Shown in pieces: positions 1-10,707 of a stretch of DNA of 64,000 bases. A program made the translations under genes and the position numbers. Location of the stretch: assembly GCA_963677435.1 (NCBI GenBank), contig OY781945.1, positions 2,432,001-2,496,000 of the forward strand, read 5' to 3'. This DNA is from an uncultured Aliarcobacter sp. Lineage in GTDB: Bacteria; Campylobacterota; Campylobacteria; Campylobacterales; Arcobacteraceae. The notes below the pieces were generated by a model. The model did not search any database. It worked only from the letters and a program-made list of their open reading frames with translations, and had not been told where the DNA came from. Numbering within the stretch: the stretch's first letter is position 1; each line of letters starts with the position of its first letter.

Positions 1-101
1 TTAGAAGGTAATACTCTTAAAACTTCTCCAGTTTTACCTTTGTCATCTCCAGCGATAATTTTTACAGTATCACCTTTTTTGATTTTTAATTTAATTGCCA
101 T
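1..101 (-). CDS. rplX: 50S ribosomal protein L24 (5' part, runs off window)
   Basis: Manual translation from ATG at 101: [33 protein letters not shown], with KOW motif; follows rplN. Confidence 0.96.
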   Translation of the reverse strand, partial: MAIKLKIKKGDTVKIIAGDDKGKTGEVLRVLPS

Positions 102-102
102 A

Positions 103-471
103 TTATAATACCTCCGGTGCAAGTGAAACGATTTTCATGAAACCTGAATATCTAACTTCTCTAGCAACTGGTCCAAAGATTCTTGTTCCAACTGGTTCTC
201 TTTTTGCATCAAGAATAACCGCTGCGTTGTCGTCAAATCTAATTAATGAACCATTTTCTCTTTGAACTTCTTTATGAGTTCTAACAACTACTGCTTTAAC
301 AACTTGACCTTTTTTGATCTTACCAGTTGGTAGAGCTTTTTTAACTGAAGCAACAATAACATCACCAACAGTTGCATATCTTCTTTTAGAACCACCTAAA
401 ACTTTGATACACATAATCTCTTTAGCACCTGTATTGTCAGCTACGTTTAATCTTGTAAAACTTTGAATCAT
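103..471 (-). CDS. rplN: 50S ribosomal protein L14
   Basis: [30 protein letters not shown]. Confidence 0.99.
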   Translation of the reverse strand: MIQSFTRLNVADNTGAKEIMCIKVLGGSKRRYATVGDVIVASVKKALPTGKIKKGQVVKAVVVRTHKEVQRENGSLIRFDDNAAVILDAKREPVGTRIFGPVAREVRYSGFMKIVSLAPEVL

Positions 472-722
472 TATTTAACTCCTGTAGCTACAATTGTCTT
501 TAATCTAAAAGATTTAGTCTTTGACAATGGTCTACACTCAACAGCGATAACACTATCTCCAACATTTAATTCATTTCTTTCGTCATGTACTAAATATTTT
601 TTAAATCTTTTTACAGTTTTGTGATATTTTGGATGCATAACAGATCTTGTAACTAATACAGATGCTGTTTTGTCTCCAGAGTTTTTTACCACTACACCTT
701 GAATCTCTCTTTTATGTGTCAT
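471..722 (-). CDS. rpsQ: 30S ribosomal protein S17
   Basis: [15 protein letters not shown]; operon position. Confidence 0.99.
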   Translation of the reverse strand: MTHKREIQGVVVKNSGDKTASVLVTRSVMHPKYHKTVKRFKKYLVHDERNELNVGDSVIAVECRPLSKTKSFRLKTIVATGVK

Positions 723-732
723 ACTTAGATCC

Positions 733-924
733 TTAGTTAGCTTTTGCAGCAGTCATAGCTGTTTGAATTTTAGCGATGTCTTTTTTAGCCACTCTTAATT
801 CAGAAGTATTTGTTAACTGCATTGTTTTTAGCTTAGCTTTTAATTCAAAAAGAAGCACCTTTTTCTCTTTTAATAATGCTTGAAGTTCATTCAAGTTTTT
901 GTCTTTTAAATCAGTATAGTTCAT
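733..924 (-). CDS. rpmC: 50S ribosomal protein L29
   Basis: 63 aa between rplP and rps[18 protein letters not shown]. Confidence 0.97.
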   Translation of the reverse strand: MNYTDLKDKNLNELQALLKEKKVLLFELKAKLKTMQLTNTSELRVAKKDIAKIQTAMTAAKAN

Positions 925-1336
925 TTTCGCTATCTCTTGTTACAATTTTAGTTTTAAATGGTAGCTTGTGCATTGCTAAAGTTAAAGCTTCTCTAGCTAA
1001 TTCATCAGATACTCCAGCCATTTCAAAACAAATTCTTCCAGGCTTAATGTTCATAACCCATTTATCAACAGAACCTTTACCTTTACCCATTCTTGTTTCT
1101 AATGGTTTAGCAGTAAGTGGTTTATCAGGGAATACCATAATCCAAACTTTTGCTTGTCTCTTAACTTTTCTAGTCATCGCAATTCTTGATGCTTCGATTT
1201 GTCTTGAATCAATTCTACCGTGTTCTACAGCTTTAATACCGATATCTCCGTATGCTAAAGAGTTTCCTCTATGAGCCATACCTCTATTTCGGCCTTTCAT
1301 CATTTTTCTAAATTTCGTTCTTTTAGGCATTAACAT
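911..1336 (-). CDS. rplP: 50S ribosomal protein L16
   Basis: [18 protein letters not shown]. Confidence 0.99.
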   Translation of the reverse strand: MLMPKRTKFRKMMKGRNRGMAHRGNSLAYGDIGIKAVEHGRIDSRQIEASRIAMTRKVKRQAKVWIMVFPDKPLTAKPLETRMGKGKGSVDKWVMNIKPGRICFEMAGVSDELAREALTLAMHKLPFKTKIVTRDSENELY

Positions 1337-1338
1337 AA

Positions 1339-2043
1339 TTATTTACCTCTTTTCTTAGTTGGTCTTCTTTTAGGTTTAGAAGAAGTGTCTTCAGCTTTTT
1401 CAGTTGGAATACCTTTAGCTAATACTTCACCTTTGAAAATCCAAACTTTGATACCGATACAACCATAAGTTGTATGAGCTTCAGCAAAACCATAATCAAT
1501 TCTTGCTCTTAAAGTATGTAAAGGAACTCTACCTTCTAAATACCACTCAGTTCTTGCCATTTCAGCTCCACCAAGTCTACCAGAAACAGATACTTTAATA
1601 CCTTTTGCTCCACCTTTTAATGCGTTTTGCATAACTCTTTTCATAGCTCTTCTGAATGCAACTCTTCTTTCTAATTGTTGAGCAACATTTTCAGCAGATA
1701 ATTGAGCAGAAGTTTGAGGTTTTCTCTCTTCTTTAATATTTACAGCGATTTCTTTACCAACTAGTTTTGAAAGTGCATCTTTTAGTTTTTCAACATCTGC
1801 ACCTTTTTTACCGATAATAATACCAGGTCTAGCAGCTACAACTGTAACTCTAACTTTTTTTGCAGTTCTCTCAACGATAGTTTGAGCAATTCCAGCATAG
1901 TATAATTCTTTTTTAACATACTTTCTGATTTTGTCATCTTCTGCAACGTTTGCTGGCATTGTTTCAAATTTAGGAAACCATCTTGATTCCCAATTTCTAT
2001 TAATACCTAATCTTAAACCTATTGGATTAACTTTTTGACCCAT
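1339..2043 (-). CDS. rpsC: 30S ribosomal protein S3
   Basis: [23 protein letters not shown]. Confidence 0.99.
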   Translation of the reverse strand: MGQKVNPIGLRLGINRNWESRWFPKFETMPANVAEDDKIRKYVKKELYYAGIAQTIVERTAKKVRVTVVAARPGIIIGKKGADVEKLKDALSKLVGKEIAVNIKEERKPQTSAQLSAENVAQQLERRVAFRRAMKRVMQNALKGGAKGIKVSVSGRLGGAEMARTEWYLEGRVPLHTLRARIDYGFAEAHTTYGCIGIKVWIFKGEVLAKGIPTEKAEDTSSKPKRRPTKKRGK

Positions 2044-2375
2044 TACTTATCTCCTTTAGTTGCAGCAGCTACTTCAATCATAATATGTGCAGTTGGTTTG
2101 TGTCTTGGAGAAGCAGAACCTCTTGCTCTTGGAGTAAATCTCTTAAGAACTGGACCTTTATCAACTCTTGCAGATACAACAACAGCGTCAACTGGATCTA
2201 AACCTGCATTTGCTACAGCTGAAGCTATAACTTTTGAAATAATTCCAGCAGCTTTATTTGGAGTAAATTGTAAAGATGCGATTGCATACTCTGCATTCAT
2301 TCCTTGAACTTCTCTAGCTATTAATCTAGCTTTAATTGGAGAAAGTCTAATAAATTTTAATATTGCTTTAGCCAT
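2043..2375 (-). CDS. rplV: 50S ribosomal protein L22
   Basis: [16 protein letters not shown]. Confidence 0.99.
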   Translation of the reverse strand: MAKAILKFIRLSPIKARLIAREVQGMNAEYAIASLQFTPNKAAGIISKVIASAVANAGLDPVDAVVVSARVDKGPVLKRFTPRARGSASPRHKPTAHIMIEVAAATKGDK

Positions 2376-2377
2376 TC

Positions 2378-2653
2378 TTATGCCTTTCTTTGAACAGAAC
2401 CTTTATGGCCCTTAAATGTTCTAGTTGGTGCGAATTCACCTAATTTATATCCAACATGGTTCTCAGTAACATTAACTGGAACGAAGTTTCTTCCATTGTG
2501 CACATTGAAAGTTAATCCGATCATATCTGGTAATACAGTAGATCTTCTTGACCAAGTTTTAATTGGTTTTTTATCATTAGCTTCGTTAGCTTTGATAACT
2601 TTCTTCATTAGGTGTGCGTCTACGAATGGACCTTTTTTTATCGATCTTGCCAT
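2378..2653 (-). CDS. rpsS: 30S ribosomal protein S19
   Basis: [21 protein letters not shown]. Confidence 0.99.
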   Translation of the reverse strand: MARSIKKGPFVDAHLMKKVIKANEANDKKPIKTWSRRSTVLPDMIGLTFNVHNGRNFVPVNVTENHVGYKLGEFAPTRTFKGHKGSVQRKA

Positions 2654-2662
2654 CTTAAACCC

Positions 2663-3490
2663 TTACTTCTTTCTTTTTGAAATGATTAGTTTATCACTAG
2701 CTTTTTTCTTTCTAGTTTTATAACCTTTAGTTGGCATACCCCATGGAGTAACAGGATGTCTACCAGAGTTAGTTTTACCTTCACCACCACCATGAGGGTG
2801 ATCAATAGGATTCATTGCTGAACCTCTAGTTTGAGGTCTAATACCAAGGTGTCTACTTCTACCAGCTTTACCAACAACCATGTTAGAGAAATCTTCGTTT
2901 CCAACTACACCAATTGTAGCTATACAAACACCAAGAATTTTTCTCATTTCACCAGATGGTAATCTCATGATAACATATTTGTCTTCTCTACCCATAATTT
3001 GAGCATATCCACCAGCAGATCTAGCGATTTGTCCACCTTTACCTGGTTTCATTTCTATATTATGAACCATTGTTCCAACAGGGATACTCATTAATCTCAT
3101 TGCATTACCAGGTAAGATATCAAGTCCAGATTCAGCAGCTTGTACTTTATCTCCAACTTTTAATCCAGATGGTTGAATGATATATCTTTTATCACCGTCT
3201 AGGTAAGTAACTAAACAAATTCTACAGTTTCTATATGGATCGTATTCAACAGTTGAAATTGTACCTTCAACACCGAATTTATCTCTTTTGAAATCAATAA
3301 TTCTATATAATTTTTTAGCACCTGCTTCTTTGTGTCTAGATGTAATTCTACCGTTATTATTTCTACCAGCGTTTGCTTTTACTCTTACAAGTAAAGATTT
3401 TACAGTTGGTTTAGAAGTAATATCTGAAGTATCCATAACAGACATAAATCTTCTTGCAGGAGTTATTGGTCTAAATTTTTTAATTGCCAT
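2663..3490 (-). CDS. rplB: 50S ribosomal protein L2
   Basis: [22 protein letters not shown]. Confidence 0.99.
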   Translation of the reverse strand: MAIKKFRPITPARRFMSVMDTSDITSKPTVKSLLVRVKANAGRNNNGRITSRHKEAGAKKLYRIIDFKRDKFGVEGTISTVEYDPYRNCRICLVTYLDGDKRYIIQPSGLKVGDKVQAAESGLDILPGNAMRLMSIPVGTMVHNIEMKPGKGGQIARSAGGYAQIMGREDKYVIMRLPSGEMRKILGVCIATIGVVGNEDFSNMVVGKAGRSRHLGIRPQTRGSAMNPIDHPHGGGEGKTNSGRHPVTPWGMPTKGYKTRKKKASDKLIISKRKK

Positions 3491-3501
3491 CTATAATCCC
3501 C

Positions 3502-3783
3502 TTAAGCTGAAAGGTTCGCAATTGCTGCGCCCTCTGGTAATGTTACATAGAATTTTTTGAAATCAGGTCTTTTACCTATTTTCCCTTTAAATCTTTTTAC
3601 TTTACCATTTTGTCTTAAAGAATTTACTTTTGAAGGAGTTACTCCAAAATATTCTTTAAATACTTCTTTTAAACCGTTTTTAGTCATTCTAGGACTAGTT
3701 TGAACAACGATTACACCATTTTCTTGAAGCTCAATTGTTTTTTCTGTATATAATATTGCTTTAATATCTGTAATATCTGCCAT
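3502..3783 (-). CDS. rplW: 50S ribosomal protein L23
   Basis: [15 protein letters not shown]; operon position. Confidence 0.98.
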   Translation of the reverse strand: MADITDIKAILYTEKTIELQENGVIVVQTSPRMTKNGLKEVFKEYFGVTPSKVNSLRQNGKVKRFKGKIGKRPDFKKFYVTLPEGAAIANLSA

Positions 3784-3784
3784 C

Positions 3785-4396
3785 TTAAGCCTCTTTTGTT
3801 AATGCATCAAGTACTGATTTTTCAATAAGTACTGAGTGGTATGCAGCAATTAAATAAGCGTTAACTTCTTGCTTTTCAACCATATAACAGTTTTTAATGT
3901 TTCTAAACGCTAAGTAAGTTTTTTCATCAATTGTATCACATACAATTAATGTATCTCTTTTGTTTATTTTACCTAAAACTGCAACTGCTTCTTTAGTTTT
4001 TCCTGACTCAATAGTAATTGAATCAACAACAAATAAAGTACTATTATTTGCTTGAGCATTGATAGCATATTTTAATGCTAATGCTTTTTGTTTTTTGTTA
4101 ACTTTTTGGTTATAGTTTCTTTTAGTAGGTCCAAATGCTTGACCCCCACCAACGAATAAAGGAGATCTTTTTGAACCCCATCTAGCTGCACCAGAACCTT
4201 TTTGAGCTTTAGGTTTTTTACCACCACCGCTTACTTCAGCTCTTGTTTTAGCTCTTGCTGTATTTGATCTTAATGCCGCTAAGTAAGATTTAACATATAA
4301 ATATAAATTATGTTTGTTAATTTCTTCATAACTAGCTGGTAAAACTACTTCACCACTATTTTCAAATTTTTCATTTAATACTATTGCTTTGCTCAT
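3785..4396 (-). CDS. rplD: 50S ribosomal protein L4
   Basis: [21 protein letters not shown]. Confidence 0.99.
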   Translation of the reverse strand: MSKAIVLNEKFENSGEVVLPASYEEINKHNLYLYVKSYLAALRSNTARAKTRAEVSGGGKKPKAQKGSGAARWGSKRSPLFVGGGQAFGPTKRNYNQKVNKKQKALALKYAINAQANNSTLFVVDSITIESGKTKEAVAVLGKINKRDTLIVCDTIDEKTYLAFRNIKNCYMVEKQEVNAYLIAAYHSVLIEKSVLDALTKEA

Positions 4397-4968
4397 TTAG
4401 CAACCTTTACTTTTCCTAATGCTCCGTTTGGACCAGATACTGAACCTTTAAGAACTAAAATTCCAGTTTCAGCGTCAAATGAAATAACATCATTTTTAAC
4501 AGATACATTTGTATTTCCGTATTGCCCTGGCATTTTTTTACCTGGCTGAACTCTACCTGGCCATTCGCAGTTACCGATTGAACCAACTCTTCTACCCATT
4601 CTGTGACCGTGTGATGCTCTACCACCCGCAAAATTCCATCTTTTAACAGCTCCAGTAAACCCTCTACCTTTTGTTTTAAAAGTTGTTTTTAACGTTTGTG
4701 CTTCACTTAATCCAGAAACATCTAAATCACCAGCTTCAGCATTTGCTACAGTCATTGTTGCAAATCTGTTAAACTCTTTAGACAAGTTGTATTTTTTTTG
4801 TATACCTTCGATAGCTTTGTTAAATTTTTTACCATTGCTATAAGATACAATTGCTACACCGTCAGTCACTTCACACACTTTAGTATCAAGAACTTTTAAA
4901 AGTGTAACAGGAGTACTTGGAACAGAAACTGTTCTACTCATACCGATTTTTTGAACTATAAATTCCAT
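4393..4968 (-). CDS. rplC: 50S ribosomal protein L3
   Basis: [31 protein letters not shown]. Confidence 0.99.
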   Translation of the reverse strand: MEFIVQKIGMSRTVSVPSTPVTLLKVLDTKVCEVTDGVAIVSYSNGKKFNKAIEGIQKKYNLSKEFNRFATMTVANAEAGDLDVSGLSEAQTLKTTFKTKGRGFTGAVKRWNFAGGRASHGHRMGRRVGSIGNCEWPGRVQPGKKMPGQYGNTNVSVKNDVISFDAETGILVLKGSVSGPNGALGKVKVAK

Positions 4969-4986
4969 CTATATTACCCTTTCTTC

Positions 4987-5301
4987 TTATTCTTGACCCA
5001 TAGATCTAACTTCAACATCAACTTCAGGAGCTAAGTCAAGTTTCATTAACGAATCTACAGTATCTGGAGTTGCAGCTATAATATCAATAATTCTTGAATG
5101 AACTCTGATTTCAAATTGCTCTCTAGAATCCTTATTTACGTGAGGACCTTTAATAACTGTATATCTTCTGATTTTTGTAGGAAGAGGGATTGGACCTCTC
5201 AAATCAGCACCAGTTCTTTTAACGGCTTCAACAATTGAAGCAACACTTCTGTCTAAAACTCTGTGATCATAAGCTTTAAGCTTTAATCTAATTTTTTCCA
5301 T
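4987..5301 (-). CDS. rpsJ: 30S ribosomal protein S10
   Basis: [28 protein letters not shown]. Confidence 0.99.
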   Translation of the reverse strand: MEKIRLKLKAYDHRVLDRSVASIVEAVKRTGADLRGPIPLPTKIRRYTVIKGPHVNKDSREQFEIRVHSRIIDIIAATPDTVDSLMKLDLAPEVDVEVRSMGQE

Positions 5302-5366
5302 TTTTTTCCTTTAAAGAACTCGTTAGATGCGCATAAATGCACTCTAACCACATTTAGTGGACGCGG

Positions 5367-5395
5367 ATTATAACTTAATAGTAGTTAAATGTCAA
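5367..5395 (-). promoter_or_regulatory. sigma70 promoter of the S10 operon
   Basis: Minus strand: TTGACA (5395-5390), 17 bp spacer, TATAAT (5372-5367), then GC-rich discriminator CCGCGTCC. Confidence 0.88.
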
Positions 5396-5487
5396 GTATT
5401 ATGGGGCTTCACAGAAAAAGTTCTTATTTTTATTTCCTTTTATAAAGGACAATATTGATAGTTTATGGAGTATAATAAGTTTCCATT

Positions 5488-5514
5488 AAGGATAAGAATA
5501 AAATTCTTATCCTT
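5488..5514 (-). terminator. Hairpin overlapping the stop codon of the FAD oxidoreductase; probable intrinsic terminator
   Basis: AAGGATAAGAAT-AAA-ATTCTTATCCTT, perfect 12 bp stem. Confidence 0.55.
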
Positions 5515-6751
5515 GGTAAAATCCTGAGAAAAGTAAAATATCATCATTATTTTTGTTTTCTGAATCTTTAATTATCAAATCTTTTAGGATTTCTCCTACA
5601 CTTGGAGCGAATGTCATTCCTAGCCATCCTAGACCCATTCCGTAGATTAAGTTCTTGTACTCTTCATCTCTTCCAATTAAGGGCATATCATTTGGCGTTA
5701 GTGGTCTAAATCCACTCCATTCAACAATATCTTCCATTTCAAAAGGAATTGTATATTTTTTGAAATTTTCTTTTATACTTTCTATTTGTTCTTTTATAAC
5801 TCTTGGATCTGTTGAACCTAATTCTAGTTTTGAAGTAATTCTTACATCATTTCTTCTTGGAGTCATAACTATAAATAAATCAGCAAACAGTGTTGAAGTT
5901 TTGGGTTCTAACTCTTTTGGCATAGTAAAAGTTATACTATAACCTTTTGCAGGAGTCAGCATAAGTTCTTTTTTTCTAATATCAGATAATAAAGTTTGGT
6001 AACCTGTAGATAAAACATAAGTTTCTGCTTCGTAAGTATTTAAAGCGGAACTAATACTTGCAACTTTTTTATCTTTGAATTTGATGTTACTTATTCTTTC
6101 ATTTAAAATAAATTCAACACCATTTTTTGATAAATAGTTTTTCATTTCAAGCATTACTCTTTTTGGATCAAAATGAGCATTTCTTTTAAATAGTATTGCA
6201 CCTTTTATTTTTTCATTTCCTAAAGGTAAATACTCTTTTATTTTTGCACTATCAAAAATTTCAAATCTGTCATTATCAACAAAATTATATTTTGCAAGTT
6301 TTTTTTCATAACTTTTTTCTTCTGTAAAAACACTAAGCATTCCATCATGGTGAAAATCAAAATCCAAACCATCATCAATTTGCATTTGTTTATATCTATC
6401 AATTGTTATTTGTCCATATTTTTCAAATAAGGCTAAGGTTCTTTTTAATCTATCTTCATTTGCACTTTGGACAAATTTAAAAAGCCAACGAAAGAGTTTA
6501 TAATCTAATTTTGGATGAATATTTACAGGTGATTCTCCTTTTATCATTAGTTTAAGAGTATCAAGAACTACACCTGGATTTGATAATGGAGTTTTATCAA
6601 AGGCTGAAAGTAAACCAGCATTCCCAAAAGAAGTATTATCACTTATATCTGTTTCATCTATAACTGTTACACTTCTTCCAGCTTTTTGTAAAGAATAAGC
6701 AGTCATAAGTCCTACAACTCCACCACCTATTATTATCACATCTCTTTTCAT
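5507..6751 (-). CDS. FAD-dependent oxidoreductase, D-amino acid dehydrogenase (DadA/DAO) family
   Basis: N-terminal IIGGGVVG, TSFGNAG, KGYSIT, WSGFRPLTP..MPLIG. Confidence 0.88.
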   Translation of the reverse strand: MKRDVIIIGGGVVGLMTAYSLQKAGRSVTVIDETDISDNTSFGNAGLLSAFDKTPLSNPGVVLDTLKLMIKGESPVNIHPKLDYKLFRWLFKFVQSANEDRLKRTLALFEKYGQITIDRYKQMQIDDGLDFDFHHDGMLSVFTEEKSYEKKLAKYNFVDNDRFEIFDSAKIKEYLPLGNEKIKGAILFKRNAHFDPKRVMLEMKNYLSKNGVEFILNERISNIKFKDKKVASISSALNTYEAETYVLSTGYQTLLSDIRKKELMLTPAKGYSITFTMPKELEPKTSTLFADLFIVMTPRRNDVRITSKLELGSTDPRVIKEQIESIKENFKKYTIPFEMEDIVEWSGFRPLTPNDMPLIGRDEEYKNLIYGMGLGWLGMTFAPSVGEILKDLIIKDSENKNNDDILLFSGFYQG

Positions 6752-6762
6752 TTCTTCTCCTT

Positions 6763-7992
6763 TTAATCTTTTATATTATTCCCACAATTAGTACAATAAG
6801 ATAAACCTTTTATTGTCATATGGTGGCATTCGTTACACTCAATTCTTAGTTGATTTTGACAACAAGGACAAAAATTTATTGTTTTAAAATCAACACTATT
6901 TCCGCAATTATTACAAATATTTTTATTATAAGACTCTATTTTACTTATACTATTATTCTTTAATCTATTGTTATTTTCTTTGTATCTTTTTTGTACTTTT
7001 ATTATTAAAAATCCAAATATAAAAACAAATATAATAATTACAAAATAGTAAACTACAAAAGGAATTTCTAAAGTATAAAAGAAATTCATAACTTTTTGTA
7101 TAAATATTTTTGGCAATAAGTCATAAATAGAACTAAATATTGATATAAGAGTTGGTATTAGTGTTATTATAAAAATATTTTTAAACATTACATATAATAT
7201 ATACTTTTCTTTTATCAAATATCTTTTCATTAAATAGAAAGATATCGAAACTAAAGGAAGTAAAAATAGTAAAGTAATCAATTCTATTTTTATACTATAC
7301 TCTTTATTTGATTTTTCTATATCATTATTTATTTGTTCTTTATTTTCATTTACATAAGAAATTAAATCATTTACACTTTTTGATTGATTAAAGTTATTGT
7401 TAAACTCTTCTTTATTTTTTTGTATTTTTTCTAATTCTTTTTGATATGAATCATATTTTTCTTTGATATTTTGCGTTGTAAGATTATCTTTTATTATTGA
7501 TTTATCTGTATTTTGTGAACTAATTTTTTCAAATAAAACTGTATTATAATTCTCTTTTATATAATAAAGTTCATCATTTATTTTATTTTCACTGTTTAAT
7601 AACTTATTATAACTTGTAATTAGTTGTTTAATATCGTGCTCTTTTTTAACAGATTCAACTTTTATATTTACTTTTTTACATCTATTATCAACTAAAGTAT
7701 CTTTTATATCTTGGTACTTATCATTATAATAGTTGCTAGTATAATTATCATTTGAATAAATATATTGTTTAAAATCACCAAGGTAAGAGTTATTAATTAC
7801 ATCTCGACATTTGTAAGGGAATGTTACATAAGGACTATTTAAAACTCTAGTTTGAAAATCAATTCCCAAATTTAGAGTACTATAAATAAGTATATCAAGC
7901 ACAATAATAAAGAAAATTGTAAGTTTAGACAATTTTTCTTTACTATTATAAACAAAGTTGTTTTTATAAAAAGTTTTTACATTAAATTTCAA
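6763..7992 (-). CDS. Membrane protein with coiled-coil region and C-terminal double zinc ribbon
   Basis: About four hydrophobic segments; C-terminal CNNC...CPCC...CNEC...CTNC; TTG start after an AGGAG RBS. Confidence 0.75.
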   Translation of the reverse strand: MKFNVKTFYKNNFVYNSKEKLSKLTIFFIIVLDILIYSTLNLGIDFQTRVLNSPYVTFPYKCRDVINNSYLGDFKQYIYSNDNYTSNYYNDKYQDIKDTLVDNRCKKVNIKVESVKKEHDIKQLITSYNKLLNSENKINDELYYIKENYNTVLFEKISSQNTDKSIIKDNLTTQNIKEKYDSYQKELEKIQKNKEEFNNNFNQSKSVNDLISYVNENKEQINNDIEKSNKEYSIKIELITLLFLLPLVSISFYLMKRYLIKEKYILYVMFKNIFIITLIPTLISIFSSIYDLLPKIFIQKVMNFFYTLEIPFVVYYFVIIIFVFIFGFLIIKVQKRYKENNNRLKNNSISKIESYNKNICNNCGNSVDFKTINFCPCCQNQLRIECNECHHMTIKGLSYCTNCGNNIKD

Positions 7993-8058
7993 AATAACTC
8001 CTAAATCATTTTAGTTGTTATTTTACTCTTTTATTTATTGGTTTAAATGAAATATCAC

Positions 8059-8547
8059 TTAAATAAAATATTTTGAAGCATTATCTTTTAATTTTCTGAA
8101 AATTTCATCAAATGAAGCTGGATAAATTCTAGCTCCACTAATAGAGCTTATAAAATTTGTGTCACCAAGCCATCGCGGAAGCATATGATAGTGAACATGT
8201 TGTTCAATACCTGCACCTGCTGCTTTTCCAAGATTCATTCCAATATTTACACCCTCACATGGCATAATTTCTTTTAATAGTTTTACACCTTGTTTTACTC
8301 GTATGCTCATTTGCGTCCAAACTTCATCTGGTAAATCTTCAATATTTGATGTATGAAAAAATGGAATAACCATCATATGGCCTGGACTATAGGGAAACTT
8401 ATTCATTACAATATAACAGTGTTCATCTGCAAATAAAACTTGCATCTTTTCATCATCAATATTTTTAGCAATATGACAGAATACACAACCTTCTATTTTC
8501 TCTTCACTTACATAATTATATCGCCATGGTGCATATAAATGTTCCAT
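8059..8547 (-). CDS. HIT family hydrolase
   Basis: LYAPWR, CVFC, HVHYH histidine triad. Confidence 0.93.
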   Translation of the reverse strand: MEHLYAPWRYNYVSEEKIEGCVFCHIAKNIDDEKMQVLFADEHCYIVMNKFPYSPGHMMVIPFFHTSNIEDLPDEVWTQMSIRVKQGVKLLKEIMPCEGVNIGMNLGKAAGAGIEQHVHYHMLPRWLGDTNFISSISGARIYPASFDEIFRKLKDNASKYFI

Positions 8548-8561
8548 TTTATTTCCTTATT

Positions 8562-10013
8562 TTATATAAAGTTTGGTGCATCATTTGCAAATAAAATCAA
8601 ATCACCAGCTCTTGTTGTTTTTGCTAAAGTTGCTTCCATTAATGCTTTGTCTTTTAAAATATAAACTTTTTCTTTATCTATATTTGCACTAAATAGATGT
8701 GTATTTAAACTTCCCGTTAAAATAACAAAATCAAAGTTTTTATTTATCTCTTTTGCTAATAAAATATTTGCTTCATCAGTTGATTCAACAAGACCTGGAG
8801 TTATTATTACTTTTCTACCTGTATGTGTTGCACAGATATTTACAGCCTCTAACATTCCTGTTAGATTACCATTAAATGAATCATCAATTATAATTTTTCC
8901 ACCTGCTTCAATTTTTTGAAGTCTGTGCTCTACTTGAGGAAGTGTACATAATGCCATTTTTATCTCATTTATACTCATACCTAAATAGTGAGACACTAAA
9001 ATAACAGCTGTTAAATTTACTGCATTAAAACTTCCTAAGATTGGAGCTTGGAAATGTTCAATTTTACCAGCGACTTCAACATCAAACCAAATTCCATCTA
9101 AATTACTTTTTGTAATATGCAAATTGTTTGGAAATTTTGTAATAGAAGCATATGGTTTAAGAGGAACTGATTCATGAACAAATCCCATTTTCATTTTTGG
9201 AGATTTTAAGATTTCCATTTTTGTGTGAATTATATTTGATAGTGTTTTAAAATACTCAATATGTTGTTCACCAACACTTCCAATAACACAAATTTGAGGT
9301 TCTAAAAACATAGTGATTTCTTCAATATCACCTTTTACTCTGGCACCTGCTTCTGCAATATAAATTTGTGTATCTAAAGGAATATCTCTATTTACATCAA
9401 GTACAATCCCTCCAATTGTATTTACACTTCTTGGAGTTTTATATACTTTATATTTATTTTTTAAAACGTGATATAAATAATTTTTAATTGATGTTTTACC
9501 AAAAGATGCAGTAATTGCAACTGTTCTAAGTCCAGCAATACTTTGATATCTTTGTTTGGCTTTGTGTTTAAAAGATATAAAAAATATCTTTTCCAAAATT
9601 GTTGAAATTGCATAAACTAAAATCAGTGGAACAAAAATAAATGTATTATTACAATCTGGACTTGATAAACAAAGGGCTGTTATTGCAAATGTTAGAAAAA
9701 GTAATATAGTTAAAAACCTTTTTACTCTTGCAGTTAAAATTAAAGAATGATCTAATTTTTTATTCCATAAAACAAAACTTGTCATATATATTACATAAAA
9801 ATAAACCGCATAATAAGGCTCAGGAATTATATAAAAAAGAATTATTGGCGATAGAAAATATGTAATATGCCATTGCCATTTATGGTGTTTTAAAATAACT
9901 CTTTCTAATTTATAGTTATACCATTGAAGATTAGTAATTAAATACCAACCTAAACTCATTATTAAAATAATGTGCGTAATAATATTAAAGTATTCCATTT
10001 TCAATTCTCTCAC
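8562..10013 (-). CDS. murF: Mur ligase, MurF-type with N-terminal membrane domain (start may be the later Met, MEYF)
   Basis: ITASFGKTS P-loop, IIDDSFNGN; same ddl-hydrolase-murF-hit order as in Helicobacter. Confidence 0.85.
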   Translation of the reverse strand: MRELKMEYFNIITHIILIMSLGWYLITNLQWYNYKLERVILKHHKWQWHITYFLSPIILFYIIPEPYYAVYFYVIYMTSFVLWNKKLDHSLILTARVKRFLTILLFLTFAITALCLSSPDCNNTFIFVPLILVYAISTILEKIFFISFKHKAKQRYQSIAGLRTVAITASFGKTSIKNYLYHVLKNKYKVYKTPRSVNTIGGIVLDVNRDIPLDTQIYIAEAGARVKGDIEEITMFLEPQICVIGSVGEQHIEYFKTLSNIIHTKMEILKSPKMKMGFVHESVPLKPYASITKFPNNLHITKSNLDGIWFDVEVAGKIEHFQAPILGSFNAVNLTAVILVSHYLGMSINEIKMALCTLPQVEHRLQKIEAGGKIIIDDSFNGNLTGMLEAVNICATHTGRKVIITPGLVESTDEANILLAKEINKNFDFVILTGSLNTHLFSANIDKEKVYILKDKALMEATLAKTTRAGDLILFANDAPNFI

Positions 10014-10704
10014 TTATATTTTTTGCATTTTTTACAAAGAAGAAATGATCACCATCATAAGATGTAAAAGTTGATTTTTTTAATAAAGATGCCATTTTCT
10101 TTCCCGATGCTAAAGAAGTTGCTGTATCTTTTTCTCCCCAAAAAACTAAAGCATTATTTGAAAATTCGGAAAAAGATGATGTAAAATCTTCATTTACAAC
10201 ATTTTTAAAAGTTGCGTACATATTTTCACTCATTGTATTAACATCTGAACTTCTAAATTTTTTTGTAAAACCTTTTAATCCTAAAGCATTAAAAACTTTT
10301 GCGAAAAAAATCTTAAATTTAACATCAAATGGTTTTTCTTCTAAAATTCCAGCACTACTTAATAAAACTAAATTTTTAGGATTTAACAATGTGGCAACTT
10401 TTCCACCATAAGAGTGTCCTGCTATTACATCTTTTGAAGATAATAAAAGATTTAAAAACTCATCAACAACTTTGGCATAATCTTTAGTTGTTAAAACATA
10501 CTTATTTAAACTTTTTCCAAATCCTGGTAAATCTATATAAATATGTCTAAAATCTTTCAAATAAGAAGAAAATGAATTTTTCATAATATCTTTATTTGAA
10601 CCCCAACCATGTAAAAAAATTATATCTTTTTTTGCTGTTGGGTTTACTATTTCATAAGAAATATCAAAATTTTTATTATCAACAATTAAATTTTTTGTTG
10701 CCAA
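9985..10704 (-). CDS. Alpha/beta hydrolase (esterase)
   Basis: FLHGWG, DLPGFG, nucleophile GHSYG, C-terminal GDHFF. Confidence 0.92.
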   Translation of the reverse strand: MATKNLIVDNKNFDISYEIVNPTAKKDIIFLHGWGSNKDIMKNSFSSYLKDFRHIYIDLPGFGKSLNKYVLTTKDYAKVVDEFLNLLLSSKDVIAGHSYGGKVATLLNPKNLVLLSSAGILEEKPFDVKFKIFFAKVFNALGLKGFTKKFRSSDVNTMSENMYATFKNVVNEDFTSSFSEFSNNALVFWGEKDTATSLASGKKMASLLKKSTFTSYDGDHFFFVKNAKNISERIENGIL

Positions 10705-10707
10705 GAT

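Noticed and set aside
876..3560. Plus-strand ORFs opposite ribosomal protein genes (876-1274, 2035-2307, 2496-2723, 3288-3560) and similar short antisense ORFs across the window
   Set aside because: Shadow frames of well-supported genes, with no RBS or recognisable motifs
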